64,000 bases of DNA from Naegleria gruberi (taxonomy: Eukaryota). Of this stretch, positions 55,601 to 64,000 are shown piece by piece; the stretch's first letter is position 1; each line of letters begins with the position of its first letter. Below the pieces are notes generated by a model that worked only from the letters and a program-made list of their open reading frames with translations, made no database searches and was not told the DNA's origin. Location of the stretch: the NCBI GenBank assembly GCA_000004985.1, contig GG738846.1; one strand, given 5' to 3'. The translations under genes were made by a program, and so were the position numbers.

Positions 55601-56946
55601 CTTACAGAGAGAGCATTATGTCCTATTATAAAATCGCAAGGCAATCCTTTCTTGGCAAAATATCTGGATAATAAAATTGCTGTATGTCTTCTTTCACAGA
55701 AAACAATACATCTCATTTGGTTAGTTGTATTGTTTTCTGGAAAATGTTCATTCAGAACCTCCTCCAATAATTTCAATTTTCTACTTGGTGATGGTTTTGG
55801 AAATATTTTTTCTATTTTGTTAGTAAGCTTGTTTCGTACACTCTCACTAACAATTATCTCAAATTCTTGATTCTTTTTTAATTGTTGATAGGATGAATCG
55901 CTACTAAAAGAAACTAATTCACTTGTAGATAAACTTTGATTCTCTTGTTTCCTTTCTTCTATATGATCAAATATTATAGTTAGATAGTCTTTCAAGCATG
56001 AGGAACCTAGATTGTCTAGAATGTAATTAAAATCGTTAAAAAGTATCCTCGATATTTCAATAATATCCTTTGTTTGTATGGTTGAAAATTTGGTTAGGTT
56101 TTCTACAATCAAAGTACAAAAATCTTTCAAATCATCAATTTTAGTACTTTCTGAATTAGTTGATTCATATGTGAGAATAATTTCATTTGGTAAATTAGTG
56201 TGTTCTCTTAGTTCGCTATAGAGTTCATCCTCAGAAGATATAGTAGTCAATTTACAATCTAGGTATGCCTCAAGTTTTTGTTTCTGAAGATTAGCCTTTG
56301 TTTCATTCAAAGATCTAATAGCAGAAGCTGTCATTCCAAATATTTTTGGTCTTTTTTCTACTTGCTTAATGGTGTGATAGTATTGAGTCATGATTACTTT
56401 ATAAGGATGATCACCATCTCCACAATGGTGACATTCATCAATAATCAATAGAGAAATGGATTCCATTTCAATTATATTATGAGTTAATAAATTTTGTAAG
56501 AATGCAGCAGTAGTAACAATAACTTTCTTTTTTTTCAATTCCTTGTTTGAACGTAGCTTGTTCAATAATCCTGAATCACCCACATAACAGGCCACCATTC
56601 CATCAATATTTTTCGAAATATTATCGATTGACTTGGAATCCTGTTGTTCTAATCTCTCTGTCTCCAGATACTTTAGGGTGCTTCTTATGTGTTCTGCTTG
56701 CTGATTTACAAGTATACGGTTTTCAGCAATAAAGACTAACTTTTTATCATTTTGTTCAGTTTCGTTGAGCATATAATCTATCAACATGATTGCAACCATT
56801 GTTTTTCCAGTACCTGTATCAAGAACAATTGCAACATTTCCCTTTTTTGCCCTTTCAAATAAATCCAATTGATACCTTCTTGGTTTTGTTTTTAGAGGTT
56901 TTTCTTTAACATCAGAAGTTTCCGTTGTTGTGGGCTGTGACAACAT
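52639..56946 (-). CDS. Dicer-like endoribonuclease (DEAD/DExH helicase, helicase-C, dimerization domain, RNase IIIa, RNase IIIb, dsRBD); no recognisable PAZ; 1435 aa
   Basis: Helicase motifs YQLDLFERAKKGNVAIVLDTGTGKTMVAIML and DECHH, plus helicase-C. Two RNase III signatures, EKLEFFGDSILKYIVSKHIYHEF and ERLEFLGDSVLGLIVTSKIF, are followed by a C-terminal dsRBD (...PPFNMVADFSITIF...RGPSIKLAKKQASAECLQYL). Confidence 0.85.
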   Translation of the reverse strand: MLSQPTTTETSDVKEKPLKTKPRRYQLDLFERAKKGNVAIVLDTGTGKTMVAIMLIDYMLNETEQNDKKLVFIAENRILVNQQAEHIRSTLKYLETERLEQQDSKSIDNISKNIDGMVACYVGDSGLLNKLRSNKELKKKKVIVTTAAFLQNLLTHNIIEMESISLLIIDECHHCGDGDHPYKVIMTQYYHTIKQVEKRPKIFGMTASAIRSLNETKANLQKQKLEAYLDCKLTTISSEDELYSELREHTNLPNEIILTYESTNSESTKIDDLKDFCTLIVENLTKFSTIQTKDIIEISRILFNDFNYILDNLGSSCLKDYLTIIFDHIEERKQENQSLSTSELVSFSSDSSYQQLKKNQEFEIIVSESVRNKLTNKIEKIFPKPSPSRKLKLLEEVLNEHFPENNTTNQMRCIVFCERRHTAILLSRYFAKKGLPCDFIIGHNALSVRTKLGFKKNTGFEQKSKTERFRSGELKCLFCTNVVEEGFDVPACNLVIRFDKFTDFLRAYIQSRGRARKQESKFIMMVNSTDLTQQELCKNGKRLQEKMLTQISDDTPNNSEIEDILIYETPSKAKLTLNNSIRLYNQYCAVFPNQSIDEKKPKFSIYADGPFFVTEITFPTNCPVPVFSISNNHEDDPAQYRLNKLVSKRYCAFKAVQLLHKYKELDDSLFPRYSKYVFASTEAEFASPASMATLLPQMPEIFNWREKKLNSIQTDNPSHCVYIYDIFLDNNATDFQFIIPNEIDSDLEELGLLNFRMNGGRHITIKKMESTTVDNDYILKCFEYHEFMFNKVAKISFPDQKQRNLQDWTFFIIPKQAQQHFIDVPVLDIIQHHGKEAENILKNMILETIYNHRVYLLQNIEFDKNPKSHFDTEDFPDYKTYYKEKWGLEIERPQQPLLRAYQPRFSTLGSTQVEHQNIFLVPEFLTACSFTIEMLRFLKLAPEFLYRYYNRLITSIFSKQFELFQPIVDATLLEDGKTLEAFELLEEALTAKRSQVGANYEKLEFFGDSILKYIVSKHIYHEFPLYSSGSLSQLQHKFVSNYFLASVARNTRLPLFIITEPLNTSQLVQNIGGFKSNKFADETNIEAEYKVLADVVESIIGFCYHIFGGSLEQINRFLGLVGVSLPKGEISGSEDIFMNQKLLLRNHFEKLKIDLYKLTEKLNFQFENSGLLLEAFIHPSYNGVFNYERLEFLGDSVLGLIVTSKIFEKFHKNSSFSLGMMSKLREKIVMNKNFANLCIENQLQNYIIFSGNHIAQQVVHSKDDGEYVKMLSDVFESLAGALFVDSHYDLDTVKLIYDEFLWKNFMDEIFTEAENEVSMNSNVTEIVGNPNNPIVTFISTNITRDSSSVLNELLQQFVFNRLDKSEKWYMEESKKPNPPFNMVADFSITIFEKTFTGRGPSIKLAKKQASAECLQYLLEKSEAFLEDLEKEISKK

Positions 56947-57178
56947 ATTTGCTTCTGTTGGTGTTTCTTGTTATTTTTTTCTTCCTTGGAAAAGAAATCA
57001 AATCGAGAGTTCCCAACTCAAAAACCAACTTGTCTTATTACTGAATGTAAAATTATTTTGATATTAATTTATTTAGAGAATGTTTTTGACGTTAATTGTC
57101 AGTAAATTTGTTTTTGTCCAATACAAGCTGCTAATTTGAAGGTGAATTAATTGATTGGGAAGTATGTAATCAAAAAAA

Positions 57179-58348
57179 ATGTCGGAAGGAAATCCATACA
57201 AACAAGCTGCCAAAGCTATCAAAGCAAAAGGACTTTTGAAATTAAAATTCTATTGTCAAATGTGTCAAAAGCAGTGTAGGGATGCAGCAGGATTTAAAGC
57301 ACATACACTGAGTGAAGGTCATCAGAGGCAAATGCAAATCTTCCGATCCAATCCAGCAAAATTTATTAATCAATTCAGTGATGAATTTAAGAGGGGATTT
57401 TTGGATATTCTTAAAACTAGACACGGAAAAAAACAAGTTCAAGCACTCAGGGTATATAATGAATATATTAATGATAAACATCACATACACATGAATTCAA
57501 CTCAATGGACCTCACTTGGTTCATTTGTAAAATATTTGGGGAAAACTGGAATTTGTAAAGTAACCTATGATGAGGAGAAGGAAACTTGGTTTTTGCAATA
57601 TATTGGATCGGAATCAAATTTGTACAATACACCAAATGGATCTTCTATTGAAAATGATGATGTTCTGGATGAAAAGAGAAAATTTGAACTCTACGAAAGA
57701 CAGTTCAAAGCTCTGAAAGAATTGGAGGAACAAGCTGATGAAATTATAAAAGAGGAAGAAATTGAAAATAATAAGGATTCTTCGAATCAGAAACCAGTAT
57801 TTAGTGGATTTTCTCTCTCCTCTAAAAAACGGCCAAATCCTTCTAGTGCTGAATCTTCTCAAACAATAGAAAATCCCTCTGAAGAATCAGTTAAGATAGA
57901 GCAACCTGTGGCATTCTCGAATACTACGAATATTGATCTCAACTCAACTGATGTACAGTCATTTAAAAAGATGAAAACCAGTAGAGATGAGGGGATATCT
58001 AGTGGTTGGTTGAAAACAGGTATCATTCTCAAAATTGTGGATAAATCATCTGAATTTTATAATGAGAAGGCACTTGTGCTTAAAACTTTAAAGAAGAAAC
58101 GTGTTGCACAAGTAGAATTATTGAGCGACCAGTCGAAATTAGTCGAAGTTTCACAAGACAATCTCCAAACAGTAATTCCAAAAGTTGGAGCAAAAGTAAT
58201 GATTCTCAAGCACGAGACCATGAGGGGTAAAAGTGCCACTCTTACACATGTAGATTTTGACAAGGCGAGTGCCACAGTACTAGTGGATGGAGTTCTTGGT
58301 GATAACCAACTCATTTTGGGTTATGATGACTTTTCTAAAATATTCTAA
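57179..58348 (+). CDS. KIN17: KIN17 DNA/RNA-binding protein (C2H2 zinc finger, winged helix, tandem KOW/SH3-like)
   Basis: CQMCQKQCRDAAGFKAHTLSEGHQRQM zinc finger, then the KIN17 mid domain, then a C-terminal GWLKTGIILKIVDK... KOW-like tandem. Confidence 0.8.
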   Translation: MSEGNPYKQAAKAIKAKGLLKLKFYCQMCQKQCRDAAGFKAHTLSEGHQRQMQIFRSNPAKFINQFSDEFKRGFLDILKTRHGKKQVQALRVYNEYINDKHHIHMNSTQWTSLGSFVKYLGKTGICKVTYDEEKETWFLQYIGSESNLYNTPNGSSIENDDVLDEKRKFELYERQFKALKELEEQADEIIKEEEIENNKDSSNQKPVFSGFSLSSKKRPNPSSAESSQTIENPSEESVKIEQPVAFSNTTNIDLNSTDVQSFKKMKTSRDEGISSGWLKTGIILKIVDKSSEFYNEKALVLKTLKKKRVAQVELLSDQSKLVEVSQDNLQTVIPKVGAKVMILKHETMRGKSATLTHVDFDKASATVLVDGVLGDNQLILGYDDFSKIF

Positions 58349-58516
58349 GCATGATCTAATTAATGAATGAACTAATTTAAATAACTCAACTCAATAATTA
58401 TTATTGTCAATTAATTGTTCAACTATTCATTGAAAGACAACATCATTTCTTATTGCCATCAACAAAAAATTTGATTCAAAAAAAATTTCAATAAAAATTG
58501 AATTTAAAAAAAAATC

Positions 58517-60694
58517 ATGACTTCCTCCTCTGTAGATGTTTCATCGCTCGGCTCCACTTGTTGGGAACCAAGCTTGAACGGAACAATTAGAAACTTTGCC
58601 ACGATATCCCAAAATAATAACCAAATCAACATTTATTCAGGAGAAAATTCACAACTTTTGCTTCAATTAAATCTTCCTTTGGACTTGCAAAGTAAATTTA
58701 CTTCAATGAGTTGGATTTCTCTCAACTCTAGCGTTGCTAGTGATGATGAAAAGAAGAAGAAAACACACAAAACATACATCCTTGCTGGTACACAAGATGG
58801 AAAAATTATAGCTTTTGATACCGAAAGAGGAAGACTCGTAAAAAGTATACAATTATCACCAACAACATCATCATCAGTATCTCCAATTTTAAATGTTAAT
58901 TGTCCTGATGGAAATAGAATTTTTGCAGCTCTTGCACCTAATCTCATTGCAGGAACTCATTTCCTTTCAAAGTCCAATAATACCAAGGTTGATTTACACA
59001 AAATTTGTTTCGAAGATATTACTTGTTTGAGTGAAAATTGTGGTCACTTGAATGGTGCTGATGTTTTCGCTATTGCAAATTCTGGAAAGACTCAACTATT
59101 CCAAGTTAACACACAACAACGTGTTTGTGATTTCCAAGGTCATGAAAATGGTGCTAACCAAATTTTATTTATTCATTCTGATTTACTTTTGACAAGATCA
59201 AAGGATGATAGAATTGTTAACTTGTATAATTTAAGCAATATAATGTCAAGCTCTAGTTCTAATGGTTTAAATACTTCAAACTTTATTGAACAATTGATGA
59301 CTACATCATCAAATCACTCGGAATTAATTGCTCCTAATAAGGTTTTCACTTTGGATGCTAATGTAGTAGCTATTGATGGCTTCTATCGTTCTAAAAAGTA
59401 TTTGGATATTGCTGCTGTTTCTCATGCTGGATTGTTAACTTTATTCAGAGTTAAACCATCTGAAAAATCAACTTATGATATTATTTCTAAAGCTACTGTC
59501 AAGTGCCATCTTTCTAAAGGATTTGGTAAGGTCATTTCTGCCAAATTCATCGATGAATCACGTATAATTTTGGCTATGGGATCACCACTCTTCCCTAATA
59601 TTCAAGTTTTGGACTATTCTTCCACTGATAAGGATCAAGAAAACTTTTTATTCTTAGAAAAGGATCTCGTCATAGATGAGCAACCTATTGTTGCTGGAAC
59701 AAAGGACAACAAATTGATTGGTAGCAAAGGAAGTACCTACTCTAGTAATATGGTTTTGGGTGTTGCTAACATGGAATCTGCCAATGCTAGATTTGCCCAA
59801 ACCTTATCAACAACTGAAGGTTCTCAAAAGTCTTTCCAAGATATTCTCTCCCAACAAACATCTACATCCACCAAGAAGGATATGACTCTCTCTGAAGCTG
59901 GTGTTCCAGTTATGAAACTCAACTCATCTTTAATAACAGCATTGAAGAGTCATGATGTTGGAATGATTTCAAAATGCTTGGCTCACTCTGACTTTGATTT
60001 AATTGAATCTACAGTACAAAACCTTTCGGCAACATTTGCAATCAAGTTATTGGATGTCATTATCGAATTATATGGAGATTTCTCACAATCAAGAGATACT
60101 TTAATCTTTTGGCTTAGATCCTTGTTGGTTAACCATACATCACACATAATGTCACAAAAAGATATCATTGAAAGATTGTCTCCAATTTACCACTCAATAG
60201 ATTCAAGACTGCGAATGCTCCCATCTTTAATGGACTTGTCAGGAAGATTGGATTTATTACTTTCTATTGGTGGATATGCCAAGGTTGATTTTGATACAAC
60301 TGATAATATTTCAGCTGCTGCTAAGGCTAAGGCTAAGAAGTTCACAATTGTGGAGAAGGACGAAGATAGTGAAGATGAAATTATTGAAATGATTCAAGCA
60401 TCATATAATAAGAAATCTTCTGGGGATGATGACTTTGATGTAATTGACGATGATAATGATGACAGAGATGAAGAAATTTTGAAAGGAATGGAGGACGAAA
60501 ATAAGAAGGGTTGGTTTGCTGATATGAATAGTGATGATGAAATGAGCGAGGAAGAAAGAGAATTAAATGAACTTTTAAAGAGAGAAGAACAAGTAATGAA
60601 ATCTAGAGGTTCTTCTAATGATGACGAGGATGACGATGATGAAGATGACGATGAAATGCAAGATGACATGCAAGATGATGAAGACGATGAATAA
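58517..60694 (+). CDS. WD-repeat protein with Utp12/Dip2-type C-terminal domain (Utp5/WDR43-like SSU-processome component) and acidic tail
   Basis: N-terminal WD-like repeats, then C-terminal ...ATFAIKLLDVIIELYGDFSQSRDTLIFWLRSLLVNHTSHIMS...LPSLMDLSGRLDLLLSIGG (Utp12-like), then a poly-D/E tail. Confidence 0.5.
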   Translation: MTSSSVDVSSLGSTCWEPSLNGTIRNFATISQNNNQINIYSGENSQLLLQLNLPLDLQSKFTSMSWISLNSSVASDDEKKKKTHKTYILAGTQDGKIIAFDTERGRLVKSIQLSPTTSSSVSPILNVNCPDGNRIFAALAPNLIAGTHFLSKSNNTKVDLHKICFEDITCLSENCGHLNGADVFAIANSGKTQLFQVNTQQRVCDFQGHENGANQILFIHSDLLLTRSKDDRIVNLYNLSNIMSSSSSNGLNTSNFIEQLMTTSSNHSELIAPNKVFTLDANVVAIDGFYRSKKYLDIAAVSHAGLLTLFRVKPSEKSTYDIISKATVKCHLSKGFGKVISAKFIDESRIILAMGSPLFPNIQVLDYSSTDKDQENFLFLEKDLVIDEQPIVAGTKDNKLIGSKGSTYSSNMVLGVANMESANARFAQTLSTTEGSQKSFQDILSQQTSTSTKKDMTLSEAGVPVMKLNSSLITALKSHDVGMISKCLAHSDFDLIESTVQNLSATFAIKLLDVIIELYGDFSQSRDTLIFWLRSLLVNHTSHIMSQKDIIERLSPIYHSIDSRLRMLPSLMDLSGRLDLLLSIGGYAKVDFDTTDNISAAAKAKAKKFTIVEKDEDSEDEIIEMIQASYNKKSSGDDDFDVIDDDNDDRDEEILKGMEDENKKGWFADMNSDDEMSEEERELNELLKREEQVMKSRGSSNDDEDDDDEDDDEMQDDMQDDEDDE

Positions 60695-60721
60695 ATTCTC
60701 TTTTTCAAAATATTTAATATT

Positions 60722-61901
60722 TCAAAAAATTATATTAGGCATTGTTGGAAAGGATGTTAGAGGATTTCTCCAACCACATTGCCACTTATTATTGGTATGT
60801 TTGAGGAATTTGTCAGTGGATTTTTCTCCAATATGTCTAAAAAACAATCTGTCAGAAACAGTTGATTTGCACTTGCTAAGAATTGGATGTTTAATACAGT
60901 CATTCCAATTTCCCAGTAAACATGATTGTAGAGTCACATCTTGAGGAATGGGTGATAATGAGCCATCTGACATTCTGATTAATCTTCCATTTTCTAAGGT
61001 TGGTTCACTTTTTAACATTTCTGATAGGTAAGGTAGAAGACTAGCTTTAACAAGTATTGAACTCCCACCTATTATTATGATCGACAACATTATTAAAAAC
61101 AACACAAAACATACCTGTTGCCATGAAAAGACCACAAAAATCTGAAGAGAAACTCTTTGAAATTCTCAAAGCATTAATCATCTTTTTAAAATGTCCATCA
61201 CAGAAAGGAAAATCATCCTCCAACAATAAAACATAATGGTCATTCAACTCTTCCTCTGAAAATGTTGTCCTCATATGATAATATGTTTCTCTAAAGAGGG
61301 AAGAAACATGTTGAAGTTGCTTGAAAATAATTGGAGCATTCTTGAGTGGAAAATAATGCTCCTTATACGAAAAGTAAAGAGGAATTTCTGGAGAAATGAA
61401 TGGAACATGTTCAATCTCTGATTTTGGAAGTGTAACCCTAGTTTTAAATTGATCATAATATGTCTCCGATCCACGATATTCAAAAACCTCCTCTATTTGA
61501 TCTGTATCATTTAAAATCATTCCATTTTGTTTCATAAATTTAAAGAAGGAATATTGTTTAATTTGTCTCAAATCATCGAACGTTTCATATAAATTTACAT
61601 GAGATTCTCCAAAATGATTCAGTAGAAACATGTCTACAGATACATTTGAATCCTTTCCTTTTGTAAAATTCTCAAATTCATTAGCAATTGATAATATTGT
61701 CCTTGTCAATTCCTTTTCACCTCTTGATTCATATCTCGGAGCAGATAAAAGTGCAATAGTGATATGTAAATGATGATCACTCTGAACAATATTAAATCTT
61801 GAATTAAATTTCATCTCCACACTCCAAACACTCCAATGCGATACACAAATCATCACTGAAAATAATAGACATGTCAGTACTTGAATGACGATATTTGGCA
61901 T
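60722..61901 (-). CDS. Signal-anchor secretory-pathway protein, possibly glycosyltransferase-like; 2 exons: complement(join(60722..61068,61115..61901))
   Basis: Two overlapping minus ORFs in different frames are joined by a GTATGT...AATAG intron (46 nt) with phase kept (...FMATG|GSSILVKASLL...). The N-terminus MPNIVIQVLTCLLFSVMICVSHW is a signal anchor. The functional call is weak. Confidence 0.45.
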
Positions 61902-62082
61902 TTTTTTTTGTAAGCTTTATCATCTAATAAATATTGAGTTTTAAATCATGATCAGCTATTTTTCACTTCCACAATCAAAAGACTGCCACACTTGTGTTCT
62001 ACAACTCCATAATTGTGGTAAAATTTAACTTTGTGAAAAAGATTTCTAAGGTTTTTAAAATCTTTTTTTCAGATTTAAAAAA

Positions 62083-63690
62083 ATGGATACACACCCAAAT
62101 GGGCAATCTAACAAATCCGAGCCAATGATAAATACAACAAGAGAAATCACAGTGAATTCTTCGGAAAATGGCAAACTAAAAGTACAAAATCTGTGGATTT
62201 TGATAGTGGTGATTGGAATTTTATTTAGGATTGTTCTTGCCTTTTATCAACCACATTCGGGAAAGTCAACACCTCCAATGTTTGGAGATTTCGAAGCTCA
62301 GAGACATTGGATTGAAGTTACATCTAATTTACCAATATCTGAGTGGTATTTTTATGATTTGGAATATTGGGGATTGGATTATCCTCCTCTCACTGCATTT
62401 CATCACTATTTGATGGGTAAAGTAAATGGATACCTAAATCTATGTGATGGTTGTTTTGAGTTTATGACATCGAGAGGTAATCAGAATGTTTCAGTGATTA
62501 TGTTCATGAGAATTTCTGTAATATTGATGGATTTATTATTATACATTCCTGTCTGTTTATTATTGTTGAAATTGATATTCAAATTAAGAAGAATTATGGA
62601 CACTACATTAGATACTAGTTTTGGAATTGAAATTTTTTGGATGATATGTTGTCCCTCTTTAATGATGATAGACCATGGACATTTCCAATATAATAGTATA
62701 TTTTTAGGATTTACAATAATTGCCATTTATATGCTAATGAAATATTTAGAGGAGAATCATGTGATTCACTTGTCATTGGCCTCAATGTCATTTGTTTTCT
62801 CAATTTCATACAAACAAATGTCACTCTATTATTCCCTTCCCTTCTTTTTCTTCATTTTGGCTCTCACTATTAGAGAACCAAAAAGATTCCTTATTGTAGC
62901 ATTGTCTGTAATATTTTCATTTGGTTTAATGTTTGGACCTTTCATTTTACAAAAGAATGGCACTGAAATATTTTTACAAGTTATTCACAGAATGTTTCCA
63001 TTCAAGAGAGGACTTTTTGAAGATAAGGTGGCAACATTTTGGTGCTCCACATCCATGTTTATCAAATGGAATGTCTTATTTGGAGAAAAATTGGTCAAGC
63101 TTTCAACCATTCTGACTTTTCTTTTCTCCCTTCCATCCTGCATTCACTTGCTTTTTATTACAATGAAAAGATCCACCAATTCTGCTCTATTTTTGAGCAG
63201 AATATTTGTAACTAGTGTTACAATTGTCTCATTCTCCTTTTACATGTTCTCTTATCAAGTTCATGAAAAGACAATTCTGGTTCCTCTCATTCCTAGCATT
63301 GTGTTATATTGTTTGGATGTAAAGGGATTGCGCCAATATGTCCCACTCCTCAATATTGTTGCATGCTTTAGCATGTATCCATTGTTTATCAAGGATAAGC
63401 TCACCCTTGCATATTATGTCATTCAATTAGTTTCCATCTCAATTACTTTCATGGATTTTCATTCCTTATCCAAAATCTCCCAAGTTGTTTCTATTTTCAG
63501 TATTTTGGGAATGATTGGTATTCACATTCTTCTTGATTATGCAAAGCCACCAATGAGATATCCAGACTTGTTTACCTTGTTTTGCACAACATTTAGTTTT
63601 ATTCACTTTGTACTCTTCTTTATTAAGGCATATTATGTGCAACTTTTTGGGTTGCGGGATAATAGTGCCTGTCATGAAAAATCTAATTAA
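62083..63690 (+). CDS. ALG6: ALG6/ALG8-family dolichyl-P-Glc alpha-1,3-glucosyltransferase (GT57); closest to ALG6
   Basis: GDFEAQRHWIEVTSNLPISEWYFYDLEYWGLDYPPLTAFHHYL and a multi-TM body. Single exon, 535 aa. Confidence 0.8.
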   Translation: MDTHPNGQSNKSEPMINTTREITVNSSENGKLKVQNLWILIVVIGILFRIVLAFYQPHSGKSTPPMFGDFEAQRHWIEVTSNLPISEWYFYDLEYWGLDYPPLTAFHHYLMGKVNGYLNLCDGCFEFMTSRGNQNVSVIMFMRISVILMDLLLYIPVCLLLLKLIFKLRRIMDTTLDTSFGIEIFWMICCPSLMMIDHGHFQYNSIFLGFTIIAIYMLMKYLEENHVIHLSLASMSFVFSISYKQMSLYYSLPFFFFILALTIREPKRFLIVALSVIFSFGLMFGPFILQKNGTEIFLQVIHRMFPFKRGLFEDKVATFWCSTSMFIKWNVLFGEKLVKLSTILTFLFSLPSCIHLLFITMKRSTNSALFLSRIFVTSVTIVSFSFYMFSYQVHEKTILVPLIPSIVLYCLDVKGLRQYVPLLNIVACFSMYPLFIKDKLTLAYYVIQLVSISITFMDFHSLSKISQVVSIFSILGMIGIHILLDYAKPPMRYPDLFTLFCTTFSFIHFVLFFIKAYYVQLFGLRDNSACHEKSN

Positions 63691-64000
63691 AACAAACATT
63701 TAACATTTCTTCAACAGACAATACTTTTTCTCTGATTTTACCAGTCTTTACGCCTTCTTCAGTTTCGTGTCTTTCCAACTTTTTGTATTGCTCAAAGGTA
63801 ATATATTGAGTAGACTTGGATTGAAGGTGAGCAATAAGTTTAGAATAGGAGTCAACTGTGGATGAAGAAATTTTTGATTCAGAATAATCAGATAAAATAC
63901 TTCCAACAGTCTCTTCAGCATCATAAATATTCGATAAAATTACGCCAGATGGACCCCTCTTCAACCAGCCACAAACGTAAGTACCCTTTACAACTTGACT
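63683..64000 (-). CDS. Adrenodoxin/ferredoxin-NADP+ reductase (ARH1/FDXR-like), 3' end only; continues beyond the right window edge
   Basis: The minus-strand frame reads ...VVKGTYVCGWLKRGPSGVILSNIYDAEETVGSI..., which matches the FDXR C-terminal GxYxxGWxKRGPxGVI motif. The stop is at 63683-63685. Confidence 0.55.
   Translation of the reverse strand, partial: SQVVKGTYVCGWLKRGPSGVILSNIYDAEETVGSILSDYSESKISSSTVDSYSKLIAHLQSKSTQYITFEQYKKLERHETEEGVKTGKIREKVLSVEEMLNVCFN

Noticed and set aside
52646-55870. Several plus-strand ORFs (137–141 aa) overlapping the Dicer gene
   Set aside because: They are antisense to a long, well-conserved coding region, and the translations are featureless.

Overview
This 64 kb window is eukaryotic nuclear DNA from an AT-rich, very compact genome, roughly one gene every 2 kb. 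Introns are spliceosomal GT-AG and short (37–135 nt, most around 42–50 nt). Many proteins carry N/S/T/Q/H/K homopolymer tracts. There is no rRNA, CRISPR or any prokaryote-type feature, and I could not recognise a tRNA gene by eye. I model about 31 protein-coding genes, mostly housekeeping. They include a BK/Slo-like K+ channel with six exons, S-formylglutathione hydrolase, a DDX41-like helicase, a U-box plus PH-like protein, Vps15, a class-IV sirtuin, farnesyl-diphosphate synthase and a 1698-aa protein with a C-terminal Ser/Thr kinase. They also include an exosome RNase-PH subunit, a VAMP7-like R-SNARE, a sphingosine-kinase-like lipid kinase in two tandem copies, RACK1, a Sel1-repeat protein, KRI1-like, a KNL1/Spc105-like kinetochore protein, DnaJ, Hsp10, a TrmO-like tRNA methyltransferase, a PAZ-less helicase-containing Dicer, KIN17, a Utp5/WDR43-like protein, ALG6, and the 3' end of adrenodoxin reductase. 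Highly expressed-looking genes (RACK1, Hsp10, DnaJ and one unknown protein) use fungal-style optimal codons (TTG, AGA, GGT, GCT, AAG), unlike the AT-rich bulk. The scaffold is draft: a 50-N gap sits inside a ~2.3 kb tandem duplication that carries the lipid-kinase 5' region, and a 110-bp relic of the same promoter plus exon 1 lies 3.8 kb upstream. Intergenic spacers are 5–430 bp, and several convergent gene pairs end within 4–75 bp of each other or overlap. I cannot assign the organism. The low-complexity style resembles dictyostelids, but the ~42-nt introns, the helicase-containing Dicer and the codon preferences argue for some other compact AT-rich protist or early-diverging fungus.
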